DNA from: an uncultured Sphingobacteriia bacterium
Lineage (GTDB): Bacteria > Bacteroidota > Bacteroidia > Chitinophagales > Chitinophagaceae
Direction of reading: 5' to 3'
Length of the DNA stretch: 59,744 nucleotides
NCBI GenBank assembly: GCA_945957225.1
Contig: CAMFKK010000001.1
Coordinates: forward strand, 1-59,744
The translations under genes and the position numbers were made by a program. Position 1 is the stretch's first letter; every line of letters begins with the position of its first letter. Shown piece by piece: positions 29,091 through 38,976 of the stretch. The notes under the pieces are model-generated. The model had not been told where the DNA came from, did not search any database, and saw only the letters and a list, made by a program, of their open reading frames with translations.

Positions 29091-30683
29091 TTATTCTATT
29101 CCCGGTTGTTTTAATTGCCAACTAGTTTTCTTTTTTTCTGCGTCTACAATGGCTTGAACATCGGCCAATAATTTTTTTGCATCATAGACAATGCCATCTT
29201 TAATGGTGTATTGCACACCACCAGTTCTAACAATTTTATTCTCACCCGTTAATTCAATAGCACCGGTTCCATAAAGCACTTGTAAGTTTTTGAGTGGATT
29301 GGCATTGACAATGGCAAGGTCAGCCAGCTTACCCACTTCAACGGTTCCTAAATCTTTTTCAACACCTAGTGCCTGAGCGCCATAGAGTGTAGCAGACCTA
29401 ATTACTTCAAGAGGATGAAAACCTGCTTCACGCATCAGTTCTAATTCACGGATATATCCAAATCCATAGGTTTGATAAATGTATCCATTGTCAGAACCTG
29501 TAGTTACCCTACCACCACGATTTTTGTATTCATTGATAAAAGTCATCCATAAACGATAATTATTTTTCCATTCTACTTCTTGTTCGGTTCCCCAGTTTAC
29601 CCAATAAGATCCATGTGATTGCAATGAGGGTTCAAAGAATTTCCAAAGTGATGGAAGGGTATATTTTTCATGCCATTCAGCCCTGCGTGCCCTATGCAAA
29701 TCTCTGTTTGCGTCATAGATATTGAAAGTAGGATCTAGCGTAAAATCTAAGGCTAACAATTCATCCATTACTTTATTCCAGTGTGGTGTGTATGGCGCTG
29801 CTGCTTGTTTCCATAATTTACCCGCTTCCTCAAATCTATTTTGTTCACTGTTATAATTATAGTCTACAGGAAACTGTTGTACGGTTTTGTCTGTGAATAA
29901 AGCTTCTGGTAAACCATACCAATGCTCCATACTGGTCATACCAGCTTTGGCAGAACTTAACACGTTCCATCTTGCAACATCGGTTTGTGCGTGGTGTGCG
30001 CAAGAACGTAGTCCTAGTTTTTTATTTTCTCTAATAGCTGCGTCCATGACTTCTGGAGAAGCCCCAAAGAACTTGATACCGTCTGCACCATTCTTGGCAT
30101 TTTGTTGCACCCAAGCCCTTGCTTGTTCTGCATTGGCAATAGGGGTTGGACTACCCATTCCAAAAGCGGTATAAGCAAAAATGCGTGGAGCCGTAATGCT
30201 ATTGGCGGCAGATTTTCTTTTTTGGTCCAATACCCAATCAAGGCCGTTACCGGCCGATGGGTCTCTAATGGTGGTAATGCCATGGGCCATCCATAATTTA
30301 AACACGTATTCAGCTGGAGTACCCTGTTCTCTTCCACCAATATGACCGTGCATGTCTATAAAGCCAGGCATGGCATACATGCCTTCACAGTTTAATTCTT
30401 TGCCCCCTTCTTTAAGAGCGGGTCTGCGCGCTGGATTAATTTTTCCATTTGGATTTCCAAGGGAGGCAATTTGTACAATCTTATTTTTTTCAATCACAAT
30501 ATCTACTGGACCATAAGCTGGTGCTCCTGTTCCATTGATGAGTGTTACGCTACGTATAATGAGTTGGGAATACTGACCATCACCTTCTTTTCTATCAGGT
30601 GCTTTTTGAATCTGGGCCATTAGAGCAATAGAGATGGAGCATAAGATGCCAATAAGCATCCCGCAATAAATTTTGTTACGCAT
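29091..30683 (-). CDS. Metal-dependent amidohydrolase-family protein, secreted
   Basis: MPGFIDMHGH, GITTIRD, GSD, GTVEVGKLADL; signal peptide begins at ATG 30683 (MRNKIY). Confidence 0.9.
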   Translation of the reverse strand: MRNKIYCGMLIGILCSISIALMAQIQKAPDRKEGDGQYSQLIIRSVTLINGTGAPAYGPVDIVIEKNKIVQIASLGNPNGKINPARRPALKEGGKELNCEGMYAMPGFIDMHGHIGGREQGTPAEYVFKLWMAHGITTIRDPSAGNGLDWVLDQKRKSAANSITAPRIFAYTAFGMGSPTPIANAEQARAWVQQNAKNGADGIKFFGASPEVMDAAIRENKKLGLRSCAHHAQTDVARWNVLSSAKAGMTSMEHWYGLPEALFTDKTVQQFPVDYNYNSEQNRFEEAGKLWKQAAAPYTPHWNKVMDELLALDFTLDPTFNIYDANRDLHRARRAEWHEKYTLPSLWKFFEPSLQSHGSYWVNWGTEQEVEWKNNYRLWMTFINEYKNRGGRVTTGSDNGYIYQTYGFGYIRELELMREAGFHPLEVIRSATLYGAQALGVEKDLGTVEVGKLADLAIVNANPLKNLQVLYGTGAIELTGENKIVRTGGVQYTIKDGIVYDAKKLLADVQAIVDAEKKKTSWQLKQPGIE

Positions 30684-30712
30684 AGCAGTTGTTTGTGGCT
30701 TGAATATCGGTA

Positions 30713-32290
30713 TTATTCTACAATGGGTGTGCTCCTGCACTGGTTTTTCTTCCTAGATTCTAAGAACTTATTTCTGATAACCGTTTGAACCGGTATCCCC
30801 GAGATCTTGCTTTCTAACCAAGAAATAATATCTAGATACATAAAGGCCCTTGTTTCTAATGGATCGTGTTCCAGCTCTTTTAGTTTGGCCAATAATTTTT
30901 CAAAAGCAGGTTTGAATTCTTGATTTTGTAATCGGAAACTCTTTTTTACAAAATCAAAAACAGCTAGTTCTACTGTACTTAGGTTTTCCATTTTGTACAT
31001 GAAACGATACACGTTTTTAAGTAGGTATTCCAAGAGGTTAAAATTGCCCAATTCATAATGCGCAATCAAGTGTAACAATCTAGCATAGCACTGCAAATCC
31101 GTTCTTAGGTCAACTTTCCAGTTGATAATCTTGTTCAAATAATCAATGCTTTTGTCGTGGTTGCCGCTGCCAAAATAAAGTGAAGCTATCTTATAATAGA
31201 AAACCAATACCCGATGCCTGTCTAGGTACAATTCGTATTCTTTGAGTTTGGATTCTATATAGGGCACATCGGCCAAGCCATCTGTAAATGTACCTTCTAG
31301 AAAATGCCCGTTTAATTTAGATATTTGCAAATAGACAAAAACCTGAATTAGGTTATTTTGATTTGCTAGTACAATGGGTGTTTGAGAAAATGCTTCAAAT
31401 TGTGCAATGGTCTCTTTGAATTTTTGATAGTTTTTCAAGTCAAAATGCGCACCCATTAAATTGTGCATGCCCTTGATATAATGGGCGGTTTCCACTTCTA
31501 TCATCCTTGGCTCGGCCTGAAACAGATCTACCCATTTTTGACAATATCTATAATAACCAATCAGGTCCTGAGTAATAAATGCATGCCAACAATAGCACTG
31601 ATATCTATACAAGCGTTCATAGAAACCCTTGGCATTTTTGGAGGCCTCAATCACAGAATTATTGAAAAATCGGTTCAATTCTTCCGTGTCCTTGCTATTT
31701 CTGGCCAGCCCATTTTTGATATACCAACTATATAATTGCAAGGAAAGATTGGACAAAGCCCCAATCATGGTCAAACGCTGATTGGTTTCTTCTACATCGG
31801 CAGCTAATTTGTCTGCACGGTCTTGCATACTCCTAGTAATATGTAGACTTTCTATGTTCTTTTCTAGGAATAGGGCTTGCAAAAGGTAAGTAACCTGGTT
31901 ATTGGCCTTGGCTAGATCCTTGATCTTCTCCAAAATCCGCAAACTCTGGTAGTAAAGCCCTTTATTATACAGTATTCGTGCAAAATCAAGCTGTTCGTGT
32001 AGCTGAAGGTCAATATTGTCTTCTTGTTTTAATAACCTTAAACTGGCCAAAACCTCCTTATAGAGATGGGCTTTTAGGTTGGATAATTGCTGTTTTTGAA
32101 TACCTGGGGTCTTTTTTAGGAGCAATTCCTCGTCATATTCCTCCATTTTGTCCAATGCATCAAACAATTGGGTGATTTTCAGGTCTGAGGAACCTGTGTT
32201 CCGGGTCACGTAAAGCTTGAAATTCCGCTTTTCCGACCTTTCCAAGGACTGGACCAATAAAAATAAGGCGTCGGTAGAACGGTTAGGCAT
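30713..32290 (-). CDS. Hypothetical all-helical/TPR-like cytoplasmic protein
   Basis: 525-aa ORF; N-terminal LF.LV.SL..SEKR.FK motif I recognise from Bacteroidota hypotheticals; TPR-like C-terminus (YYKIASLYFGSG..KSIDYLN, LIAHYELGN). Confidence 0.8.
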   Translation of the reverse strand: MPNRSTDALFLLVQSLERSEKRNFKLYVTRNTGSSDLKITQLFDALDKMEEYDEELLLKKTPGIQKQQLSNLKAHLYKEVLASLRLLKQEDNIDLQLHEQLDFARILYNKGLYYQSLRILEKIKDLAKANNQVTYLLQALFLEKNIESLHITRSMQDRADKLAADVEETNQRLTMIGALSNLSLQLYSWYIKNGLARNSKDTEELNRFFNNSVIEASKNAKGFYERLYRYQCYCWHAFITQDLIGYYRYCQKWVDLFQAEPRMIEVETAHYIKGMHNLMGAHFDLKNYQKFKETIAQFEAFSQTPIVLANQNNLIQVFVYLQISKLNGHFLEGTFTDGLADVPYIESKLKEYELYLDRHRVLVFYYKIASLYFGSGNHDKSIDYLNKIINWKVDLRTDLQCYARLLHLIAHYELGNFNLLEYLLKNVYRFMYKMENLSTVELAVFDFVKKSFRLQNQEFKPAFEKLLAKLKELEHDPLETRAFMYLDIISWLESKISGIPVQTVIRNKFLESRKKNQCRSTPIVE

Positions 32291-32416
32291 CGTATTTTTT
32301 TATTCCTAAAATCCAGTAACAGTAAGGCTTTCAGCAAATATAAGACTATTTGACCAGTGTAAAACCACCCCTATTTTGATCTTTCTTAGAGTTGGGGGCT
32401 CACTATATTCGAAAAT

Positions 32417-32471
32417 GGCAGGTTCCCATTTTGTTGTTAAAGGCAATCGATGACAAAAATAGGAGCCTGCC
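32417..32471 (+). promoter_or_regulatory. Long RNA hairpin in the leuA 5' leader (candidate cis-regulatory element)
   Basis: GGCAGGTTCC (32417-26) pairs with GGAGCCTGCC (32462-71); inner ATTTTGTTG pairs with TGACAAAAAT. Starts just after the TATATTCG -7-like box. Confidence 0.6.
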
Positions 32472-32493
32472 TTCTTAACAAAAATCAGTGTTC

Positions 32494-33660
32494 ATGAGTG
32501 AGAAGGTCTTCATATTCGATACCACATTACGCGACGGGGAACAAGTACCCGGTTGTAAGCTAAATACCAAAGAAAAACTGGATTTGGCCTTGCAATTGGA
32601 AGCCTTGGGTGTTGATATCATTGAAGCAGGGTTCCCCATTTCTAGCCCGGGCGATTTTGAATCAGTGACCCAGATTTCTAAAGCTATAACCAATGCTACG
32701 GTATGCGGTTTGAGCCGAGCGGTTCAAAAAGACATTGAAGTAGCGGCACAGGCTTTAAAATTTGCCAAAAGACCAAGGATTCATACGGGAATTGGTACTT
32801 CCGATTTTCATATCAAGAGTAAATTCAACTCAAACAGAGAGGATATTCTAGCAAGGGCCATTCAGTGTGTTAAATGGGCTAGAAATTTCACAGATGACGT
32901 GGAATTTTATGCCGAAGATGCAGGAAGAACCGATAATGATTACCTAGCACGCGTGGTAGAAGCTGTGATAAAAGCAGGCGCTACCGTGGTGAATATTCCG
33001 GATACTACTGGCTATTGCTTACCATACCAATACGGGGAAAAAATTGCTTACCTGGTTAACAATGTTGCCAACATTGACAAAGCAATCATTTCTTGCCATT
33101 GCCATAATGACCTTGGATTGGCCACTGCCAACAGCATTGCTGGCGTGATTAGCGGTGCAAGACAAATTGAGTGTACCATTAACGGCTTGGGCGAGCGCGC
33201 AGGCAATACTTCTTTGGAAGAAGTAGTGATGGTGATTGAACAACACAAACACTTAGGGTTCCATACGGGTATTAATCATAAGCAGCTCTATCCAATAAGT
33301 AGGGAGGTGTCTGATGTAATGCGTATGCCGGTGCAACCAAATAAAGCCATTGTTGGTTCCAATGCTTTCTCACATTCTTCTGGTATTCACCAAGACGGAT
33401 TTTTGAAAGACGCCACCACTTATGAAATCATCAACCCAGAACAAGTAGGTGCGGGTTCGAGTAAAATTGTACTAACTGCCAGAAGCGGTAGAAGTGCATT
33501 GGCACATCGTTTACAAAAAATTGGATACCAGTTTAACAGAAACGATATTGATTTTTTATACGAAAAATTCTTGCAAGTAGCAGATAAGAAAAAAGAAGTG
33601 GAAGAGGATGACTTGCACCAGCTAGCAAAGGCATATATGCCTGAGTTGGCCACTAACTAG
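32494..33660 (+). CDS. leuA: 2-isopropylmalate synthase (short form lacking the C-terminal regulatory domain)
   Basis: [66 protein letters not shown]; 388 aa. Confidence 0.93.
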   Translation: MSEKVFIFDTTLRDGEQVPGCKLNTKEKLDLALQLEALGVDIIEAGFPISSPGDFESVTQISKAITNATVCGLSRAVQKDIEVAAQALKFAKRPRIHTGIGTSDFHIKSKFNSNREDILARAIQCVKWARNFTDDVEFYAEDAGRTDNDYLARVVEAVIKAGATVVNIPDTTGYCLPYQYGEKIAYLVNNVANIDKAIISCHCHNDLGLATANSIAGVISGARQIECTINGLGERAGNTSLEEVVMVIEQHKHLGFHTGINHKQLYPISREVSDVMRMPVQPNKAIVGSNAFSHSSGIHQDGFLKDATTYEIINPEQVGAGSSKIVLTARSGRSALAHRLQKIGYQFNRNDIDFLYEKFLQVADKKKEVEEDDLHQLAKAYMPELATN

Positions 33661-33691
33661 GGTTTTCTCATAAGTATAGTTTTAGTTTTAC

Positions 33692-33718
33692 GCGTGGGGC
33701 TTTTGCCCCGCGCTTTTT
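33692..33718 (+). terminator. Intrinsic terminator after leuA
   Basis: GCGTGGGGC-TTTT-GCCCCGCGC followed by TTTTT. Confidence 0.88.
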
Positions 33719-33777
33719 AAAAACAGAGTTCTTTTTTTATTCCGGATGATGCACTATATTCGTTGCAAGAACAACCT

Positions 33778-33879
33778 ATGTTACAAAGCAAGAACAATAG
33801 TGTCACTATCATTAGTACCATCATTTTGGAGGTGGTAGTCATTATTATTCCAGCACTGAACGGAGGTTGCGCAAATTGA
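33778..33879 (+). CDS. ilv operon leader peptide (33 aa)
   Basis: MLQSKNNSVTIISTIILEVVVIIIPALNGGCAN*; 7 Ile, 4 Val, 3 Leu; lies between a promoter-like box and a terminator upstream of ilvE. Confidence 0.85.
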   Translation: MLQSKNNSVTIISTIILEVVVIIIPALNGGCAN

Positions 33880-33900
33880 TAGTTTAAAAAACCAACTATA

Positions 33901-33938
33901 AAAAGCCCCGCCTCCAAAAAGGCGGGGCTTTTGTTTTT
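33901..33938 (+). terminator. Attenuator terminator of the ilv operon
   Basis: AAAAGCCCCGCCT-CCAAAA-AGGCGGGGCTTTTGTTTTT. GGAGG (33862-66) inside the leader ORF can pair with CCTCC (33911-15) as an antiterminator. Confidence 0.88.
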
Positions 33939-33966
33939 CATCATCCCAAAAAAGAACAAACAGATT

Positions 33967-34845
33967 ATGGCAAATTATTTTAACGAAGACACAATTATCT
34001 ATCTAGACGGGGCTTTTGTAAAAGCAGCCGATACCAAGATGAACCTCTATAGTCAGTCATTGCACTATGGCTTTGCAGTGTTTGAAGGGATCCGCTCTTA
34101 TAGAACAGTATCTGGTGAGACCAAGATTTTCAAAGCAAAGGAACACTATGATCGTTTAAGGGTTTCAGCAGAAACGCTTTCACTTCCTTATGAATATGAT
34201 ACCGATGAACTCATTGCCGCTACTTACAAAGTATTGGCAGAAAATCATCTGCAAGATGCGTATATCCGCCCATTGGTCTATGTGGGAGAGAATATGAGCT
34301 TTAATAAAAACACCAGTGCTCATCTTACTATTCAAGCATGGGAAATGGGTGCTTTTTTGGGTGACAAATTGTTGCGCATCATGACTTCTTTTTTTGAAAG
34401 ACCCAATCCCAAAGGATTTAAAATTCATGCAAAAGCGGCTGGTCATTATGTGAATTCCATTATGGCGTCTCAGGAAGCAAAGTCAATGGGTTATGATGAA
34501 GCGCTCTTGACCGATATGAATGGTTTTGTGGCTGAAGGTCCTGGAGCCAATATGTTTTATGAAAGAGACGGCAAATTATTTACACCTGCCCTGGGTAATA
34601 TTCTACCAGGTATTACAAGGGCCACTGTTTTAGAAATCTGCCAATCCTTATCTATACCTGTTGAAGAAAAATTCTTTACTGTTCAAGATGTTTACGGTGC
34701 GGATGCTGCATTTTATTGTGGCACTGCTGCTGAAGTCATTGGATGGGAAAGTTTAGACGGAAAACCATTTGCTAAAAATTGGAATGATACTTTGAGTCGC
34801 AAAGTGCAACAAGCTTATTCCGCATTGATTGTTGAGAAAAAATAA
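33967..34845 (+). CDS. ilvE: Branched-chain amino acid aminotransferase
   Basis: [53 protein letters not shown]. Confidence 0.96.
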   Translation: MANYFNEDTIIYLDGAFVKAADTKMNLYSQSLHYGFAVFEGIRSYRTVSGETKIFKAKEHYDRLRVSAETLSLPYEYDTDELIAATYKVLAENHLQDAYIRPLVYVGENMSFNKNTSAHLTIQAWEMGAFLGDKLLRIMTSFFERPNPKGFKIHAKAAGHYVNSIMASQEAKSMGYDEALLTDMNGFVAEGPGANMFYERDGKLFTPALGNILPGITRATVLEICQSLSIPVEEKFFTVQDVYGADAAFYCGTAAEVIGWESLDGKPFAKNWNDTLSRKVQQAYSALIVEKK

Positions 34846-34852
34846 ACTGAAG

Positions 34853-36532
34853 ATGGAACTAAATAAATATAGTAAGACCATTACCCTAGACCCAACGCAA
34901 CCTGCAGCACAGGCCATGTTTTATGGGATTGGTTTAACAGATGAAGACTTGCACAAGGCACAAGTAGGTGTTGTGAGCATGGGTTACGATGGTAACACTT
35001 GTAACATGCACTTAAATGACCTTGCTGTTAAAGTAAAAAAAGGCATTTGGGAAAACAATTTGGTGGGTTTGATTTTCAACACCATTGGGGTAAGTGATGG
35101 CATGAGTAATGGTACCGATGGTATGCGTTATTCACTAGTGAGTAGAGATATAATTGCAGACAGTATTGAAGCGGTTTGTGGTGCGCAATATTATGATGGA
35201 TTGATTGCCATTCCTGGTTGTGATAAAAATATGCCAGGTTCTTTAATAGCCATGGGCCGATTAAATAGACCAGCCATTATGGTCTATGGAGGTACCATCG
35301 CTCCCGGCCATTACAAAGGTCAAGACCTAAATATTGTTTCTGCTTTTGAAGCCCTTGGTCAAAAGATTGCAGGACAATTAAATGAGGCAGATTTTAAAGG
35401 CATTGTGCAACATTCTTGCCCTGGCGCTGGTGCTTGTGGTGGTATGTACACGGCCAATACCATGGCATCGGCCATAGAAGCATTGGGAATGAGTTTACCA
35501 TTCTCCTCTTCTAATCCAGCTTTAAGTGATGAGAAGCAAAAAGAATGCGAAGAGGCTGGTAAAGCCATCAAGCTTTTGTTAGAAAAAGATATTAAACCAA
35601 GAGATATCATGACCAAGAAGGCATTTGAAAATGCCATTACAGTGATCATGATCTTGGGCGGTAGTACCAATGCCGTTTTACACATGATTGCCATGGCAAA
35701 AAGTGTAGACGTGAGTTTAACACAAGACGATATTCAAGCCATTAGTAATAAGACGCCTGTATTGGCAGATTTTAAACCCAGTGGAAAATATTTGATGCAA
35801 GACTTACACCAATATGGTGGTGTTCCTGCTGTCATGAAATACTTATTGCAAAAAGGATTCTTGCATGGCGATTGTTTAACTGTAACTGGAAAAACCATTG
35901 CTGAGAATTTGGCCAATATGCCTGATCTGAATTTTGATGAACAAAAAATTATTCTCCCCCTTGAAACGCCTTTAAAAGCTACTGGTCACTTACAAATCTT
36001 ATACGGCAATTTGGCCGAAAAGGGGTCTGTTGCAAAGATCAGTGGTAAAGAGGGAGAGCGTTTTGTTGGACCAGCTCGTGTGTTCAATGGCGAGCAAGAA
36101 TTGATTCAAGGAATCAATAGTGGTAAAATCAAACAAGGTGATGTTGTGGTAATTACCCATGTAGGACCCAAGGGAGCGCCTGGTATGCCAGAAATGTTAA
36201 AACCCACATCGGCCATTATTGGCGCTGGTTTGGGCAAGTCAGTAGCCTTGATTACGGACGGTAGATTTAGTGGAGGCACCCATGGATTTGTGGTGGGCCA
36301 TATTACTCCAGAAGCCTATGTAGGTGGTTTAATTGGCTTGGTGCAGGACGATGATATTATTGAACTTGATGCCGTGAACAATACTATACATTTAAAAGTC
36401 AGTGAAACAGAAATTGCCCAGCGTAGGGCTAATTGGAAACAACCAGCTTTGAAAGCAACCAAGGGTGTTTTATTCAAATACGCACAGTGTGTAAAAGATG
36501 CTTCTGAGGGTTGTGTAACCGACGAAGCTTAA
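34853..36532 (+). CDS. ilvD: Dihydroxy-acid dehydratase
   Basis: [51 protein letters not shown]. Confidence 0.97.
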   Translation: MELNKYSKTITLDPTQPAAQAMFYGIGLTDEDLHKAQVGVVSMGYDGNTCNMHLNDLAVKVKKGIWENNLVGLIFNTIGVSDGMSNGTDGMRYSLVSRDIIADSIEAVCGAQYYDGLIAIPGCDKNMPGSLIAMGRLNRPAIMVYGGTIAPGHYKGQDLNIVSAFEALGQKIAGQLNEADFKGIVQHSCPGAGACGGMYTANTMASAIEALGMSLPFSSSNPALSDEKQKECEEAGKAIKLLLEKDIKPRDIMTKKAFENAITVIMILGGSTNAVLHMIAMAKSVDVSLTQDDIQAISNKTPVLADFKPSGKYLMQDLHQYGGVPAVMKYLLQKGFLHGDCLTVTGKTIAENLANMPDLNFDEQKIILPLETPLKATGHLQILYGNLAEKGSVAKISGKEGERFVGPARVFNGEQELIQGINSGKIKQGDVVVITHVGPKGAPGMPEMLKPTSAIIGAGLGKSVALITDGRFSGGTHGFVVGHITPEAYVGGLIGLVQDDDIIELDAVNNTIHLKVSETEIAQRRANWKQPALKATKGVLFKYAQCVKDASEGCVTDEA

Positions 36533-36561
36533 ATTATTCCTATCAAACTCAATATCATCTG

Positions 36562-38298
36562 ATGGAAACTTTAGCAACAGTACAAGAACCAAGTTTAACC
36601 AAAGCAACCAGAACCATTAATGGTTCGCAAGCCGTTTTGGAAGCTTTTGTAGCAGAAGGGGTAGATACTATATTTGGATATCCCGGCGGCGCTATCATGC
36701 CTATTTATGATGCCTTGTATGATTATCATGATCAACTAAAACATATTTTGGTCCGTCACGAACAGGGCGGTATTCACGCAGGTCAGGGATATGCCCGTGC
36801 TTCTGGAAGAGTAGGAGTGGTCTTTGGTACCAGCGGTCCCGGAGCAACTAATTTGGTTACCGGCTTAGCCGATGCTATGATTGATAGCACCCCATTGGTT
36901 TGCATCACCGGTCAAGTTTTTGCGCATTTGTTGGGTACCGATGCTTTTCAAGAAATTGATGTGATCAATATTACCACGCCAGTAACCAAATGGAATTATC
37001 AAGTTACTGATGCAACTGAGATTCCTGCTGTATTGGCAAAAGCATTTTATATTGCTAAAACAGGAAGACCTGGTCCGGTATTGATTGATATTACCAAGAA
37101 TGCACAATTGCAACAATTTGAATACGAAGGTTACAAACCATGTAGCCATATTCGTTCTTATAGACCCAAGCCCATTGTTCGCAAAGAATATATTGCTCAG
37201 GCAGCTGAATTAATTAATCAAGCAGAACGTCCTTTTGTTTTATTTGGTCAGGGTGTAATTTTAGGTAAGGCAGAAAAAGAATTCAAAACCTTTATTGAAA
37301 AAGCGGGTATTCCTGCAGCTTGGACTGTGATGGGATTGAGCGCACTAGAAACAGATCATCCATTGAATGTGGGAATGTTGGGTATGCATGGCAACTATGG
37401 ACCCAATGTACTCACCAATGAATGTGATGTACTCATTGCTATTGGAATGCGTTTTGATGACCGTGTTACAGGACGCTTAGATAAATATGCTAAGCAAGCC
37501 AAAGTGATTCACTTAGACATTGATCCTTCAGAAATAGACAAGAATGTAAAAGCCACTGTAGGTGTTTGGGGAGATTGTAAAGAAACACTGCCATTGTTAA
37601 CCAAATTGGTGGAATCAAAAGTATATCCCCAGTGGGTGAATAGGTTTAAAGAACATCTGGAAGCAGAGGTAACGGAAGTCATACATGATGAGCTGAATCC
37701 TAAGGGTGAAGTATTAACTATGGGAGAAGTGATTCGCAACCTCAATGAATTGACTGGTGGTGATGCCATCATTGTTACTGACGTAGGTCAGCACCAAATG
37801 GTGGCCTGCCGTTACGCCAAATTTAATCAGTCAAAAAGTAATATCACATCCGGTGGTTTGGGAACCATGGGTTTTGGTTTGCCTGCTGCCATTGGTGCTA
37901 AGTTTGGAGCACCGGATAGACAAGTGGTAACCATTATTGGAGACGGAGGATTTCAAATGACTTTGCAAGAATTGGGCACCATTATGCAAAATGAAGTGGA
38001 TGTAAAAATCCTGATTTTGAATAACCAGTTTTTGGGAATGGTGCGTCAATGGCAACAACTCTTTATGGATAAACGCTATTCTTTTGTTGACATTGCAAGT
38101 CCAGATTATGTGACTTTGGCAAAAGCATATGGCATTGCCGGACAGCGCGTCAACAAAAGAGAAGACTTAAATGGAGCTTTGTCTGCCATGCTCAATCACA
38201 AAGGTTCTTTCTTATTAGAAGTAATGGTGGGTAAAGAAAACAATGTATTCCCTATGGTACCACAGGGTTGCAGCGTAAGTGAAATCAGATTAAAATAA
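36562..38298 (+). CDS. ilvB: Acetolactate synthase large subunit
   Basis: FGYPGGA, RHEQG, TSGPGATN, MLGMHG, RFDDRVTG, DVGQHQM, GDGGFQM, LGMVRQWQ. Confidence 0.97.
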   Translation: METLATVQEPSLTKATRTINGSQAVLEAFVAEGVDTIFGYPGGAIMPIYDALYDYHDQLKHILVRHEQGGIHAGQGYARASGRVGVVFGTSGPGATNLVTGLADAMIDSTPLVCITGQVFAHLLGTDAFQEIDVINITTPVTKWNYQVTDATEIPAVLAKAFYIAKTGRPGPVLIDITKNAQLQQFEYEGYKPCSHIRSYRPKPIVRKEYIAQAAELINQAERPFVLFGQGVILGKAEKEFKTFIEKAGIPAAWTVMGLSALETDHPLNVGMLGMHGNYGPNVLTNECDVLIAIGMRFDDRVTGRLDKYAKQAKVIHLDIDPSEIDKNVKATVGVWGDCKETLPLLTKLVESKVYPQWVNRFKEHLEAEVTEVIHDELNPKGEVLTMGEVIRNLNELTGGDAIIVTDVGQHQMVACRYAKFNQSKSNITSGGLGTMGFGLPAAIGAKFGAPDRQVVTIIGDGGFQMTLQELGTIMQNEVDVKILILNNQFLGMVRQWQQLFMDKRYSFVDIASPDYVTLAKAYGIAGQRVNKREDLNGALSAMLNHKGSFLLEVMVGKENNVFPMVPQGCSVSEIRLK

Positions 38299-38328
38299 TA
38301 TCATTCATAAATACCCTAGGGGTTGGTC

Positions 38329-38919
38329 ATGCAAAAAGAGGAATTTACCATAACGGTGTACACCGAGAACCATATTGGACTGTTGGTAAGAATTGCCACC
38401 ATGTTTAGTAGAAGAAAGATCAATATTGAGAGTTTGAATACATCACCTTCTGAAGCTGAAGGGATTCACCGCTTTACCATTGTGATCAATGAGTTTGAAG
38501 AAGTGGTTCGTAAACTGGCACGTCAAATTGAAAAACAGGTAGAAGTGTTAAAAGCTTATTATAACACCAATGAAGAAATTATTTGGCAGGAATTGGCTTT
38601 GTACAAAGTGTCTACAGATGAAATTGCAGAGAAAGCAAAAGTAGAAAGACTCTTGCGTGAGCATGGTGCAAGAGCGGTAGTGATTCGTAAAGACTATACC
38701 ATTTTTGAAACCAGCGGACACAGAGAAGAAACAGACAAGTTGGTAGAAGTATTGGCGCCTTATGGGTTAATTGAATTTGTGCGTAGCGCACGCGTTGCCA
38801 TTATCAAAGCCAGTCATGGATTCCACGAGAAACTCCGTGAATTTGAAGAAACAGAACCAGGTGAAGAGCAAATTGAAAATGAGTTCCTAGACAAACAGGA
38901 AACCGTATTTAGCATGTAA
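38329..38919 (+). CDS. ilvN: Acetolactate synthase small (regulatory) subunit
   Basis: ACT domain ENHIGLLVRIATMFSRRKINIESL; GLIEFVRS. Confidence 0.95.
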   Translation: MQKEEFTITVYTENHIGLLVRIATMFSRRKINIESLNTSPSEAEGIHRFTIVINEFEEVVRKLARQIEKQVEVLKAYYNTNEEIIWQELALYKVSTDEIAEKAKVERLLREHGARAVVIRKDYTIFETSGHREETDKLVEVLAPYGLIEFVRSARVAIIKASHGFHEKLREFEETEPGEEQIENEFLDKQETVFSM

Positions 38920-38976
38920 TTAAACAACAAAACATTTATAAACAACCGATGCCCTTGGGCAGCAAAAACAAAACAA

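Noticed and set aside
33717-33959. Minus-strand 80-aa ORF, and likewise 40451..40672
   Set aside because: Antisense shadows of the ilv and thr leader regions; the plus-strand leader ORFs explain the codon bias.
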